Shown here in pieces: positions 1-9,600 of a DNA stretch of 32,000 nucleotides (positions within the stretch are counted from its first letter, which is position 1; every line of letters begins with the position of its first letter). The notes beneath the pieces are model-generated. The model worked only from the letters and a program-made list of their open reading frames with translations, was not told the DNA's origin and searched no databases. Origin of the DNA: Planctomycetales bacterium (GTDB lineage Bacteria > 4484-113 > JAFGCY01); assembly GCA_022646745.1 (NCBI GenBank), contig CP060262.1, forward strand, positions 1,560,001 through 1,592,000, given 5' to 3'. The translations under genes and the position numbers were made by a program.

Positions 1-2625
1 CATCTCCTGGACACCATTTGGGTAAAAACCAAACAGGTAATCAGCGAAGTATGTTTCCTTGTATTCGCCAGTGCTGTGGTTGATGAGATATGAATCACTG
101 TATAACTCCGATGGTTCACCATTGTCCACTGTGCCACTGATGCTGTAGACATCCAGTCCGGCCTTGTCAACCTGCAGATTGTATGAAGCCTCGCCACCGA
201 TGACTTCAATTGCAATCAAGTAATCGCCGGCATTGTCCGCCCGGAAATAGAATGAATGATTCCCGGTTCCTGTGTGCTGGAAGAGCTGCTGCACTGGGTC
301 TGCACTTAACAAGGTGACAGCGAATTCAATGTCCTGCTCGTTTGTCGCGATGGTGAATATCAACGAACCAGGATCATCCAGGGTAAACCCGTAGTGGTCG
401 CCGCCGTCAGAGTTACTGCTGATTGTGGCGTCAACATTCACTGGGAAGGGCTGCACAGATGCATCTTCCAGAATGTCATTGGGTTCGTGATTGTCCTGTG
501 CAAGGCTGATAACAGGTGCAAGCTGGATGTCAGAATTGCCGAACTCAACCCATTCATAAGCTGGCTCGAACTGCATGCCGAAGCGTTCGTGGTGTACGAA
601 TATCCGTTCACCGGGCATGTAATCCACATTGGACTCTGCAAGTCCTTCATCTGAGTATTCGTGCTCTGTGTATTCCTGGTCAGCAGACTGAGTGTGGAAA
701 ACACATTCATCCAGTGGCGTGCCATTCAGCTCATAATAGGCTGAGAGCCTGACGGGGTCATACTCGTAGATTTCCAGCTCATATGCCATCAGGGCGCCTT
801 CCATGAACAGGCGGAGGACATAGTTGCCTTCGCTAAGCGGACCGTTGGTCCTACCCTCAAGATGTGTACCGCTCATGTCGTCAAAGCCTATGTTGACTTC
901 ACTTGAATCATACAGGTCGAAATATCCTGCATCAGGATATTCAGCAGGACCATTCTCGGGGAACCGGGCACGGAACATCACGTGCTTGCCTTCCTGTACG
1001 TCAAAACTGAAGTAGTCATAGGAATCATTGCCAGTCAGGTCGTAACCACCAATCCAGCCAGATACGGGTGTTTCCAGGGGAAGGTTGAGCGGCGTGGCGC
1101 TGGCTGAGTCGTCGTTCGGTTCCATGTCGTCAACCGGAGCTGTTGCTGACATATCGAAGTCTTGTCCGACCAGTGGACCAGATGAGAAATCATGCAGTAT
1201 GGATTCAGGGCTGAAAGTGTACACCGATGAAACAGGGCGGACCGTGGCTGGCAACGGTGCCACCTGCTTGTTGCTGATGGTTCCAGTACCGGCTGTTACC
1301 ATGACTGTCGTGAAATCTGCGTATTCCAGGCGGACCAGGCTGGTATATAGTTCCTCATACAGGCCGTCGTCTCCGTCTCCGGGATCTCCTGAGTCGTAGA
1401 GGTCAACCTCGCAGAGCTCAGGCCGGCCGCTATGCAGGCTGAGGTCGTAGAATCCACCGCCACCCTCGCAGTTGACCTCGACATGGTACTTGCCGGCGCG
1501 TGGGAAGTAGTATCCGACGACAGTTGTTCCATACAATACGTAAGAGCTGCTTGATTCGGTTGATGAGTTTCTGTCATTGAATAGCTGCAGGCTTGGGAAA
1601 AGGATGTTCTCATCACCGTCAAAGCGGATGTAATACCAATCTTCACTCGGGACAATGAAACTGTAGAAGTCGGATTCGTCATCAAGGATGCTGATGGACG
1701 CACCATTCAATGGACTTGTACCCATGTCATGCTCATTGGCGAATGCATCGTTGGGTTCAAACTCATCGCTGCCGACGAATCCACTCTTCTGGGGATTTCC
1801 CCGCAGCTCGAGACCGCTCAGATCCGCTCCGTCCACTGTAAACATCGTTGCTGCAGGAAAGAACTGAAAACCGTCCAGTGTGGCCATAATGGCCCAGTTG
1901 CCATTCGGGATGGCTGAAAGGCTGAAACTACCGTCGACAGAACTGAACACAGACTGCGGATCAAGCAGGTTTGTCGTCACCAACGCGCCCTCAACGGGGT
2001 TGTCATGCATGTCCAGCACGATTCCGCTTACGTTGAAGCGTTCAAGATACTCGAGCGTGATACTTCCAACACTGATGCCGGCTTCGCTGTCAACCAGTAC
2101 CGCAATATAGATGTATCCGGCAGGTGAGCTGTGCTGGCCTGGGCTGCCGGCTAGGTCCGTTTCGAAGTTGCTGCCGTCCGACACCCCTCCGCGCCAGTCC
2201 CAGCGACTGCTTGAGTAGTCAGCAACTGCCACCCAGTAGCTGGCCCCGGGATCCGCGCTGTCAATTGACACACTTACGTTGCCGATGCTGTCCTGGGCAG
2301 TGCCTTCAAAGCGCCAGATCGCATATTCACTGGTCCCGGCAGCCGGGTTGTAGTCTGCTGAGCCTGCGCCGGCAGAGACATTGGCGCTCGCCTCATCGAA
2401 ATTTGAGCCGGGTTTGCTCAGGCTGGAGACTGCGGGAACCCTGTACGCTGCAAAACTGCCGTCCTGCGGCAGCGCGGCCAGGAAAACTTCGGTTCCTGCA
2501 GCGGTACCCTCGACAACTGCTGGTGTAAGTCTCGATTGGATCCCCAGGTTGGAATCTGGTTTGGCCCCTCCTCCGCAGGCAGTGAGCAGGCTGATCACAA
2601 GCAGCAGGACAGTCAGAATGCGCAT
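1..2625 (-). CDS. Multi-PPC-module lipoprotein, paralog A (N-terminus complete; C-terminus runs off the left window edge)
   Basis: Not in the ORF track because there is no stop inside the window. My translation of the minus strand from ATG 2625..2623 reads MRILTVLLLVISLLTACGGGAKPDSNLGIQSRLTP (signal peptide plus lipobox LTAC). Spot translations stay in this frame: 1140..1081 = APVDDMEPNDDSASATPLNL; 480..421 = NDILEDASVQPFPVNVDATI; 60..1 = KETYFADYLFGFYPNGVQEM. All are colinear with paralogs B-E. GAGAGG lies 6 nt upstream of the ATG. I did not translate every codon. Confidence 0.85.
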   Translation of the reverse strand, partial: MRILTVLLLVISLLTACGGGAKPDSNLGIQSRLTPAVVEGTAAGTEVFLAALPQDGSFAAYRVPAVSSLSKPGSNFDEASANVSAGAGSADYNPAAGTSEYAIWRFEGTAQDSIGNVSVSIDSADPGASYWVAVADYSSSRWDWRGGVSDGSNFETDLAGSPGQHSSPAGYIYIAVLVDSEAGISVGSITLEYLERFNVSGIVLDMHDNPVEGALVTTNLLDPQSVFSSVDGSFSLSAIPNGNWAIMATLDGFQFFPAATMFTVDGADLSGLELRGNPQKSGFVGSDEFEPNDAFANEHDMGTSPLNGASISILDDESDFYSFIVPSEDWYYIRFDGDENILFPSLQLFNDRNSSTESSSSYVLYGTTVVGYYFPRAGKYHVEVNCEGGGGFYDLSLHSGRPELCEVDLYDSGDPGDGDDGLYEELYTSLVRLEYADFTTVMVTAGTGTISNKQVAPLPATVRPVSSVYTFSPESILHDFSSGPLVGQDFDMSATAPVDDMEPNDDSASATPLNLPLETPVSGWIGGYDLTGNDSYDYFSFDVQEGKHVMFRARFPENGPAEYPDAGYFDLYDSSEVNIGFDDMSGTHLEGRTNGPLSEGNYVLRLFMEGALMAYELEIYEYDPVRLSAYYELNGTPLDECVFHTQSADQEYTEHEYSDEGLAESNVDYMPGERIFVHHERFGMQFEPAYEWVEFGNSDIQLAPVISLAQDNHEPNDILEDASVQPFPVNVDATISSNSDGGDHYGFTLDDPGSLIFTIATNEQDIEFAVTLLSADPVQQLFQHTGTGNHSFYFRADNAGDYLIAIEVIGGEASYNLQVDKAGLDVYSISGTVDNGEPSELYSDSYLINHSTGEYKETYFADYLFGFYPNGVQEM

Positions 2626-2736
2626 CCGGAACCTCTCAGTAGAACATTTCTTGCAGGTGACTACATTTTAGCGAATACCCGGAACGGCATGCCAGAGGCT
2701 GTTCAGGCATCCATGCAGCCTTGCTATAATCCGCCA

Positions 2737-3426
2737 ATGAACACAGCTGCAAGGATCCTGGCTGTGCAGCAGGCCGCCGGCCGCAGGGTTGCGCTTGTCA
2801 TCAGCATCCTGATGGGACTGCTGGTCTGCATCCTGCTTATGTTCATTGCCACTTCCATATTGAACAACACCACGGGATTCACCCTGCGTGAGCTGCCCTG
2901 GATGCTGGGGGGCTGGGTCGTTCTCTCTTTGGTCCTCGGCTGGAGGATTTACGTCTGGTCTCGCAACTTGTTGCCACGCGCCGGCTCCATGCTGCAGGAA
3001 AGCCCGGCAACCGGCGACCTTGCTGCAGGCGTCTACCTTGACAGGCAGGAAGTGCAGGTCAGCAGCTTGGGCAGGAAGGTGCCGCTTATCCTGCCGGGAG
3101 TGCGTGGCATCCGGGAGCGGGGGCTGCCACTGCACCACGCACTGAGCCGGCAGAGCAGCCAGTGCGACATGCTGGTGGGCAGCCTGGTCCCGCGCCAGCC
3201 GTTATGGGGCTGCTTGCTGGCACTGCTCTTCTCCCTGCTGGTGATTGCCGGGAAGCAGCTGCCGGCGCGCCTGCCGGACCTGGACCTGCACGCACTGCAG
3301 GTGATTGCCAACCCGCTGATGAGCATGCTGCTGCTGTTCGTGCTGCTGGTGCTGCCGGTCGTGATTCGCCAGCAGGTCTGGCGCGAGGCCCTCTGCAGCG
3401 AGCTTGGAGACCGGCTGCGCAGCTGA
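2737..3426 (+). CDS. Hypothetical polytopic membrane protein (start uncertain: ATG at 2689, 2713 or 2737; track ORF begins 2536 inside paralog A)
   Basis: ORF 2536..3426. Hydrophobic stretches (VALVISILMGLLVCILLMFIATSIL, WMLGGWVVLSLVLGW, LWGCLLALLFSLLVIAG, LMSMLLLFVLLVLPVVI) suggest about 4 TM helices. Third codon positions are strongly G/C as in neighbouring genes. I recognise no family. Confidence 0.5.
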   Translation: MNTAARILAVQQAAGRRVALVISILMGLLVCILLMFIATSILNNTTGFTLRELPWMLGGWVVLSLVLGWRIYVWSRNLLPRAGSMLQESPATGDLAAGVYLDRQEVQVSSLGRKVPLILPGVRGIRERGLPLHHALSRQSSQCDMLVGSLVPRQPLWGCLLALLFSLLVIAGKQLPARLPDLDLHALQVIANPLMSMLLLFVLLVLPVVIRQQVWREALCSELGDRLRS

Positions 3427-3507
3427 GCAACAGCGTTGCGCCGGCCTCCTTCCGTCAATCCGTTGATACCGGCAGCCGACGCGGGACTGCCGTTGCCAGT
3501 GCGCCAG

Positions 3508-6500
3508 TTAGAAGACGTAGCCGGCGGTCAGGTCATACTCCAGGTCATCCGTATCACCGACGTTGATGTAATAGGTCTTGCCGGCGATGACGGGGAAGCG
3601 GATCAGTTGCTCGCCGGTGATCGGATTACGCTTGCCGCTGTTGACGGTGCTGGACCAGGTATCCTGCGCCAGCTCCACGCGGAAGCCGGCCGCCCAGTCA
3701 GCCGCTGGCTGGACCGTGATCTCGAAGATGCCGTCACTGGCTGCCGTGAACTTGTAGTAATCCGTACGGTCATTTCCGGGGCCGGCATCGTTGTCATCAT
3801 CCAGGCTGGCGTGGAAGGACGCCGGGATGCTCAGCACATAAGCGGCCCCAGAGTTGTCATTCGGCTCGCCGAAGTCGTGGTCGACGTACGTGGCGCTGAA
3901 GTCCTGTACGACGTCGGCTGTTGTCAGGTTGATTGTCGTCTTGCCTGACGGCGTGATGTTCTTGTTGGAGGCCTGCCACTCAATCTGGTAACTGCCCGCC
4001 GGCTGCCAGCCAAGATTGTAGCTGTCAGCCTGAGGGAACACAGCGATGCCAGTTGTGTGGTTGACAACCATCGTATTGTACGTCGTCTCGCCGACAACAC
4101 CGGGGTCGACACTGCCACTGATCTTGTAGACCGGCACCGTGGCTTCGCGGATACGCAGGCGGTATTCGCTTGAGCCCTCGGTTCGGCTGCGCACGATGAA
4201 CCTGTAGTCATCGGCATTCTCCGCCTTGATATAACAGTGCAGGTTCCCCTGCTGCTGGCTGCTGAACACCAGGCTGCCGTTGGAAATGCGCGTGACCGAG
4301 AGCTCGCTGTGCATGTCTGCATCGACGGGCTCGAGGAAGATCTCCAGTTCCTCGCCATCCAGGCCGTGGATTTCATAGAAGTCCTGGAAATCCGTCTCAT
4401 TGCTGATGCTCGCAGTGATGTCCACCGGCAACATCAGCTCCTTGCTTGAGGCCGCGAAGTCGTTGACCTCATTGCTGTCTGTGCCATAGCTGATCTGCGG
4501 AGCCAAGGTGATGTCGCTGCCTTCAAACACAACCCATTCAGTTGGCGGATCGAACACCAGTCCGTGGCGCTCATGCTGGACCAGTACTCGTTCCCCATCC
4601 ATGAACTTGTAAGTGAAGTCACACAGGCCGTCACTCACGCTCTGGTACTCGTCGTAGCTCTGGTCAGCCGTCAGTATCGTGCAAATTCCGAAATCCAGCG
4701 CTTCCCCGTCCAGCATGTACTGCGCCGACAAGGTGCGGGGTTCGAACTCGGTAAGCTCAAGTTCGTATCGCATCACCGGGCCTTCCATGAACACCCGCAG
4801 GAAGTAGGTCCCGGCGGCCAGCGGATCGGTGGTCCGCTTGTGCAGGGTGAACCCGGAGTAATTGTCAGTACTCACGGGATTCTCGCTTTCGTCATAGAGA
4901 TCGATGTATCCGGCATCCGGATATTCGTTCGGGCCGTTCTCGGGGAAACGGACCCGGGCCATCAGGTGTTTGCCCCCCTGCACCTCGAACTTGTAGAAAT
5001 CGTATGAATCATCATTGGTCAGTCCGAAGCCGCCGATCCAGCCTTCGAGCGGCTCCGCCATTGGCAGGCTGAGCACACTTGCATCGGCGAAGTCGTTGTT
5101 CGGCTCCTGTGAGTCCACAGGTGCAGCGGCTGACACGTTGAAGTCGAATGAGACCAGCGGGCCGGTGGAGAAGTCATGCTCAACGAAGGGCGGGTCAAAG
5201 TTGTAGAGCGGGCTGAGCGGCGTAATGGTTGCCACTACCGGTGGGATGTTGTTGTGCACTGCAGTGCCCGTGCCATAGCTCGTGACGTAGCCCTTCACGT
5301 CGTCATATGCTATCTCAACCGTTGTCAGGTACATTTCCTCATACAGCCCGTCATCGCCATCGCCGGGGCTGCCATCATCGCCCAGGTAGACCGACATTGT
5401 CTGTGTCTGTCCGGCATGCAGGCTCAGGCTGTACGTTCCACCGCCGCCCTCGCAGGTAAGTTCAACCTCGTAGTTGCCTGCACGCGGGAAGTAGTAACCG
5501 ACCCAGTTCGCTCCGTATGCGGATGACGAACTGGAGACCGTACTGATGAAACTGTCAACATGCAGGTAGAGGCTCGGAAACAGGATGCTGTCATCGCCTT
5601 CGTACTGGATGTAGTACCAGCCCTGGTCAGGCACCGGGAACTGGTAGAAGTCCACCGGGTCATCGAGGATGCTGATCGTTGCAGTCGGCGGCGTGCCGCC
5701 GGTATCACTCGCATTGTCATACAGGTTGTTCGGCTCATAGGGGTCATCTCCGACCCACCCGCTGACCTGCGGGTTGCCTCGCAGTTCCAGGCCCTCCACG
5801 TTGGCATCGGCGACATTGACAGTCACCATCGCCGGGCTGAACTGGTAACCGTCCAGCGCAACCATCACTGTCCAGCTGCCATTCGGGATTCCATTCAGAG
5901 TGAAGGTCCCGCCGGGGCCGGACAGTACCGGCTCCGAATCAAGCAGGTTCGTGGTGATCAGCGCCATGCCCAGCGGCTGGTCCTGCATGTCCAGCACCAC
6001 GCCGCTCACGTCGTAGCGCTGCAGGTACTCGATCGCCACATCGTAGACACTGAACGCAACGTCGCTGTCCGCCAGCACCGCCACATAGATATAGCCGGCC
6101 GGGGAGCTGTGCTGCCCGGCACTGCCGTTGAGCTGGAACAGGAATTCATCGCCTTCCGCAGCATGCCCCAGCCAGTCCCAGCGTCCGGTGGAATAGTCCG
6201 CAACAGCGATCCAGAAACTCGTGCCGGGTCCGCCATCGCCATAGTCAACCTGTACGCTGCCAACACTGTCCTGCGGTGTGCCCGCAAAGCGCCAGATCGC
6301 GTACTCGCTGGCTCCCGCCGGGGCATACTCCGCATCCAGGCCGGTGGCCACCACGTTGGCGGAGGCCTCGTTGAATTCACTGCCCGAAAGCGATAGGCTG
6401 GACACTGCCGGTACGCGCACCGGGTTGAACTCGCCCTCCGCCGGCAGTGCCGCATTGAACAGTTCCGTACCCGCTGCGTTGTCAAGCACGGCAGCCGGAA

Positions 6501-6597
6501 CCAGCGCACTCTGTACAGAAAGGTTGGTGGCATCACGTCCGCCGCAGGAGGCAAGCAAAAGCACTGCCAGCAGCATCACGGTCATTCTCAGTTTCAT
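3508..6597 (-). CDS. Multi-PPC-module lipoprotein, paralog B
   Basis: ORF 3508..6624. Likely start is ATG 6597..6595 (MKLRMTVMLLAVLLLASCGG; lipobox LASC) preceded by GAGGAA. It has four E-P-N-(D/N) ... D-x-Y-x-F ... Y-x-L modules of PPC type, a CarboxypepD_reg-like segment, and no HExxH. Confidence 0.88.
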   Translation of the reverse strand: MKLRMTVMLLAVLLLASCGGRDATNLSVQSALVPAAVLDNAAGTELFNAALPAEGEFNPVRVPAVSSLSLSGSEFNEASANVVATGLDAEYAPAGASEYAIWRFAGTPQDSVGSVQVDYGDGGPGTSFWIAVADYSTGRWDWLGHAAEGDEFLFQLNGSAGQHSSPAGYIYVAVLADSDVAFSVYDVAIEYLQRYDVSGVVLDMQDQPLGMALITTNLLDSEPVLSGPGGTFTLNGIPNGSWTVMVALDGYQFSPAMVTVNVADANVEGLELRGNPQVSGWVGDDPYEPNNLYDNASDTGGTPPTATISILDDPVDFYQFPVPDQGWYYIQYEGDDSILFPSLYLHVDSFISTVSSSSSAYGANWVGYYFPRAGNYEVELTCEGGGGTYSLSLHAGQTQTMSVYLGDDGSPGDGDDGLYEEMYLTTVEIAYDDVKGYVTSYGTGTAVHNNIPPVVATITPLSPLYNFDPPFVEHDFSTGPLVSFDFNVSAAAPVDSQEPNNDFADASVLSLPMAEPLEGWIGGFGLTNDDSYDFYKFEVQGGKHLMARVRFPENGPNEYPDAGYIDLYDESENPVSTDNYSGFTLHKRTTDPLAAGTYFLRVFMEGPVMRYELELTEFEPRTLSAQYMLDGEALDFGICTILTADQSYDEYQSVSDGLCDFTYKFMDGERVLVQHERHGLVFDPPTEWVVFEGSDITLAPQISYGTDSNEVNDFAASSKELMLPVDITASISNETDFQDFYEIHGLDGEELEIFLEPVDADMHSELSVTRISNGSLVFSSQQQGNLHCYIKAENADDYRFIVRSRTEGSSEYRLRIREATVPVYKISGSVDPGVVGETTYNTMVVNHTTGIAVFPQADSYNLGWQPAGSYQIEWQASNKNITPSGKTTINLTTADVVQDFSATYVDHDFGEPNDNSGAAYVLSIPASFHASLDDDNDAGPGNDRTDYYKFTAASDGIFEITVQPAADWAAGFRVELAQDTWSSTVNSGKRNPITGEQLIRFPVIAGKTYYINVGDTDDLEYDLTAGYVF
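3511..3870 (-). other. PPC-type module 4 of paralog B (C-terminal)
   Basis: GEPNDNSGAAYVLSIPASFHASLDDDND...DRTDYYKFTAASDGIFEITV...GKTYYINVGDTDDLEYDLTAGYVF. Confidence 0.6.
4144..4476 (-). other. PPC-type module 3 of paralog B (most divergent module between paralogs)
   Basis: SNEVNDFAASSKELMLPVDITASISNETDFQDFYEIHGLDGEELEIFL...DDYRFIVRSRTEGSSEYRLRI. Confidence 0.5.
4747..5109 (-). other. PPC-type module 2 of paralog B
   Basis: QEPNNDFADASVLSLPMAEPLEGWIGG...DDSYDFYKFEVQGGKHLMARV...GTYFLRVFMEGPVMRYELEL. Confidence 0.6.
5410..5739 (-). other. PPC-type module 1 of paralog B
   Basis: YEPNNLYDNASDTGG...ILDDPVDFYQFPVPDQGWYYIQ...GNYEVELTCEGGGGTYSLSL. The EPNN codons were verified at 5728..5736. Confidence 0.6.
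5776..6015 (-). other. Carboxypeptidase-regulatory-like beta-sandwich segment of paralog B (aa ~204-283 of the track ORF)
   Basis: YDVSGVVLDMQDQPLGMALITTNLLDSEPVLSGPGGTFTLNGIPNGSWTVMVALDGYQFSP fits the familiar pattern isGxVxDxxGxPlxGAxVxx...DxxGxFxlxglPxGxYxlxvxxxGY. Assigned by eye, not by HMM. Confidence 0.55.
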
Positions 6598-6662
6598 CTT
6601 CTGTTCCTCATTGTCAGTTGTCAAATCGGTACGGCCGCTGCCGGTTGCATCATTCCAGGCGG

Positions 6663-9600
6663 TTACAGGTAGTCAACCAGTAGCTGGTATCGCAGGTCAA
6701 CGAAGCCGTCAACCTTTACGAAGTAAGTCTCGCCGGCCTTGACGTTCCAGCGCATGGTCTGCGAGCTGCCATCCGTGGAAAACTTGCCAATGTTGACCAG
6801 GGTCGAAATGCTGCCTTCGAACAGTGACAAATCGTAGTCAGCCGGGCTGTTCTCCTGGTGCATGCTCTGCAGCTCGATGTGGCCATCCGTCGGGGCAATG
6901 AACTTGTAGTAATCCGTCGTGTCCCGTCCGCCGGGCAGGTAGTCGTTGTCATAGTCGAGGTTGGCAGTCAGGTCTACGGGCAGTGTCAGCAGGGCAGCGC
7001 TTCCGGAGTTGTCATTCGGTTCGTTGCTGTCCTTGTCACTGTATACCGCACTGTAGTCCAGCACGGCATCCGCATTGCTGATGGCAACGGTTGTCTTTCC
7101 GGATGGCGTGATGTTCCTGTTGGAGATCTGCCACTGGATGTCATAGCTGCCGTTGGGATAGTAGCCCAGCAGGTAGCTCGAACCCGTTGCCTCGCGATAC
7201 TCACCAGTAGTATGGTTCAGGATGTAGCCGCGCAGGTAGTTTTCCGACGGCTCGCCGTTGTCAAGGCTGCCGCTGATGCTGTAGACATTGAAGCCTGCTT
7301 TGTTGATCTGCAGAGAGTAGTCCAGGTCCACTGCATTGGCCACGCTGACCTCGACGATGTAATCGCCCGGATCAGGTGTGCGGTAGTAGAAGCTGTGGTC
7401 ACCCCGGCCGATGTGGTCGTAGATCACCTGCGTGCTGGGGGCCTTGCTGAAGCGCAGGCGCACCAGGGCGTCTGGGCTGCTGCAGCCGAGCTGCACCACC
7501 AGTGATTCCGGGCCCTGCAGGCTGAACATGTAATAGTCATAATTGTCAGTTGAGGAGGAGCAGCTGGCCTCGACCTGGACCGGGAACTGCACTTCCGGCA
7601 CATCGGCGAATACGTCACTCGGCTCCAGCTTATCCGTGCTTGGCGTCGCCGTTGGCGTGAGCTGGATATCCTGTGTGCCGAATTCCACCCATTCATACTC
7701 CGGATCGAACTGCATGCCATACCGCTGGTGGTGTACGAGTACTCTCTCACCGGGGCGGAACTTATCCTCCACTTCCGCCAGGCCGGCAAAGCAGTATTCC
7801 AGATTCATGATGCTTGCATCCGCCGTGATGTAGCTGAATTTCACGTCTTCAAGCGGCACACCCTTGTACTCATAGTAGGCAGACAGCGAAAGTGGGTCGT
7901 ACTCCTCGATCCAGATTTCGTAGGGCATCAGGTTGCCATCCATGTTGAGTGTCAGGAAGTACTCCTGCGCGGGCAGTGCCACCTGGCTGCGCCCGTCAAT
8001 CTGGAAGATGCTGTCTGCCAGCAGGGTGTAATTGTTGCCCAGCGAATCACGCAGTGCCAGACCTCCACTGTCGATGAATCGCAGCGGTCCGTTCTGCGGG
8101 AAACGCACCTGCACGAAGAGGTGCTTGTTGCCGGAACTCTCGAACCGGAAGACATCATACTCATCATTAGTGAGGGACTCGCCACCGATCCAGCCGGTGA
8201 TCGGTGCTGACAGCGGCAGCACGAGCTGGGTGGCATTGCTGTTGTCATTGTTGGGTTCCATCGGGTCATCGGGAGCAACGGCGCTGACGTTGAAGTCCAG
8301 GTTGAACAGGTCCCCTGTGGAGAAATCATGCTGGGCCTGCGGGGGCTCAAAGCTGTAAAGCGGGTCCAGCGGCACGATCGTTGCCGGCAGTGGAGCAACG
8401 TACTGCATGCTGACGTAACCGTTTCCTGAGCTGTACAGCGTACATGTCGCATCAGGCAAGCGCAGCTCAATTCGTGAGGACCGGAGTGATTCGAATATTC
8501 CGTCATCTCCATCCCCGGGATCGCCGGTATCCTCGATGTAGCAGCCGAAACCACTGGTCTGCCCCGGCTTGATGCTGAGGCTGTACTGTCCCGCTCCGGC
8601 TTCACAGCCCACACTGACATAGTAAGTACCGGGCCGCTGGAAGTAATAGCCAACCCAGGTTGCACCACTCAGCACCGTGAAGTCACTTGCTACGCGATTG
8701 GCGCTTTCATCGTTCTGGAGCTTGATGTCCGGGAACAGGATGCTGTCATCGCCGATGAACTCGAGGTAATACCAGCCCTCCTGGGGGACTTCAAAGCTGT
8801 AGTAGTCCACCGGGTCATCCAGGATGCCGAGGCTGGCTCCGGTGAGCGCGCCGCTGCCCATGTCCGAGGCGTTGGCAAAGAAGTCATTGGGTTCAAACTC
8901 GTCGCTGCCCACGAGCCCGCTCACACGGGGATTGCCCCGCAGCACCAGGCCGTTGATATCTGCGTCAGCGACTGTGACATTCGTGGCCGCCGGGAAGAAT
9001 TCATGCCCGGCAAGCGTTGCCATCACGGCCCAGTTGCCATTCGGGATGCCCGCCAGGCTGAAGCTGCCATCCGCAGCACTGAAGACCTGCTGCGGGTCTG
9101 CCAGGTTGGTCGTCACCAGCACGCCCGCCAGCGGCCGGTCCAGCATGTCCAGTACGACACCGCTCACGTTGTAGCGCTGCAGGTACTCAATGCTGACGCT
9201 GCCAACGCTCAGTGCCTTGTCCGTGTCGCAAAGGACCGCCACGTAGATGTAGCCGGCGGCTGAGCTGTGCTGGCCAGGGCTGCCCGCCAGGTCGGTCTCG
9301 AAAGCGCTGCCATCATCCCTGCCTCCTCGCCAGTCCCAGCGGCCGCTGGAATAGTCGGCCACCGCGACCCAGTAGCGCGCACCGGCTTCAGCGCTGTCGA
9401 TCGTGACGCTGACTTTGCCGATGCTGTCCTGCGGAGTGCCGAGGAAGCGCCAGATCGCATACTCACTTGTGCCGGCAATCGGGTTGAAGTCCGCGGTGGT
9501 GGATCCGGCTGTGACATTGCCGCTGGCTTCATTGAAGCTGGACCCCGGCAGGCTCAGGCTTGAGACCGCCGGTACGCGGTCTTCAGGCTGGCCGTCATCC

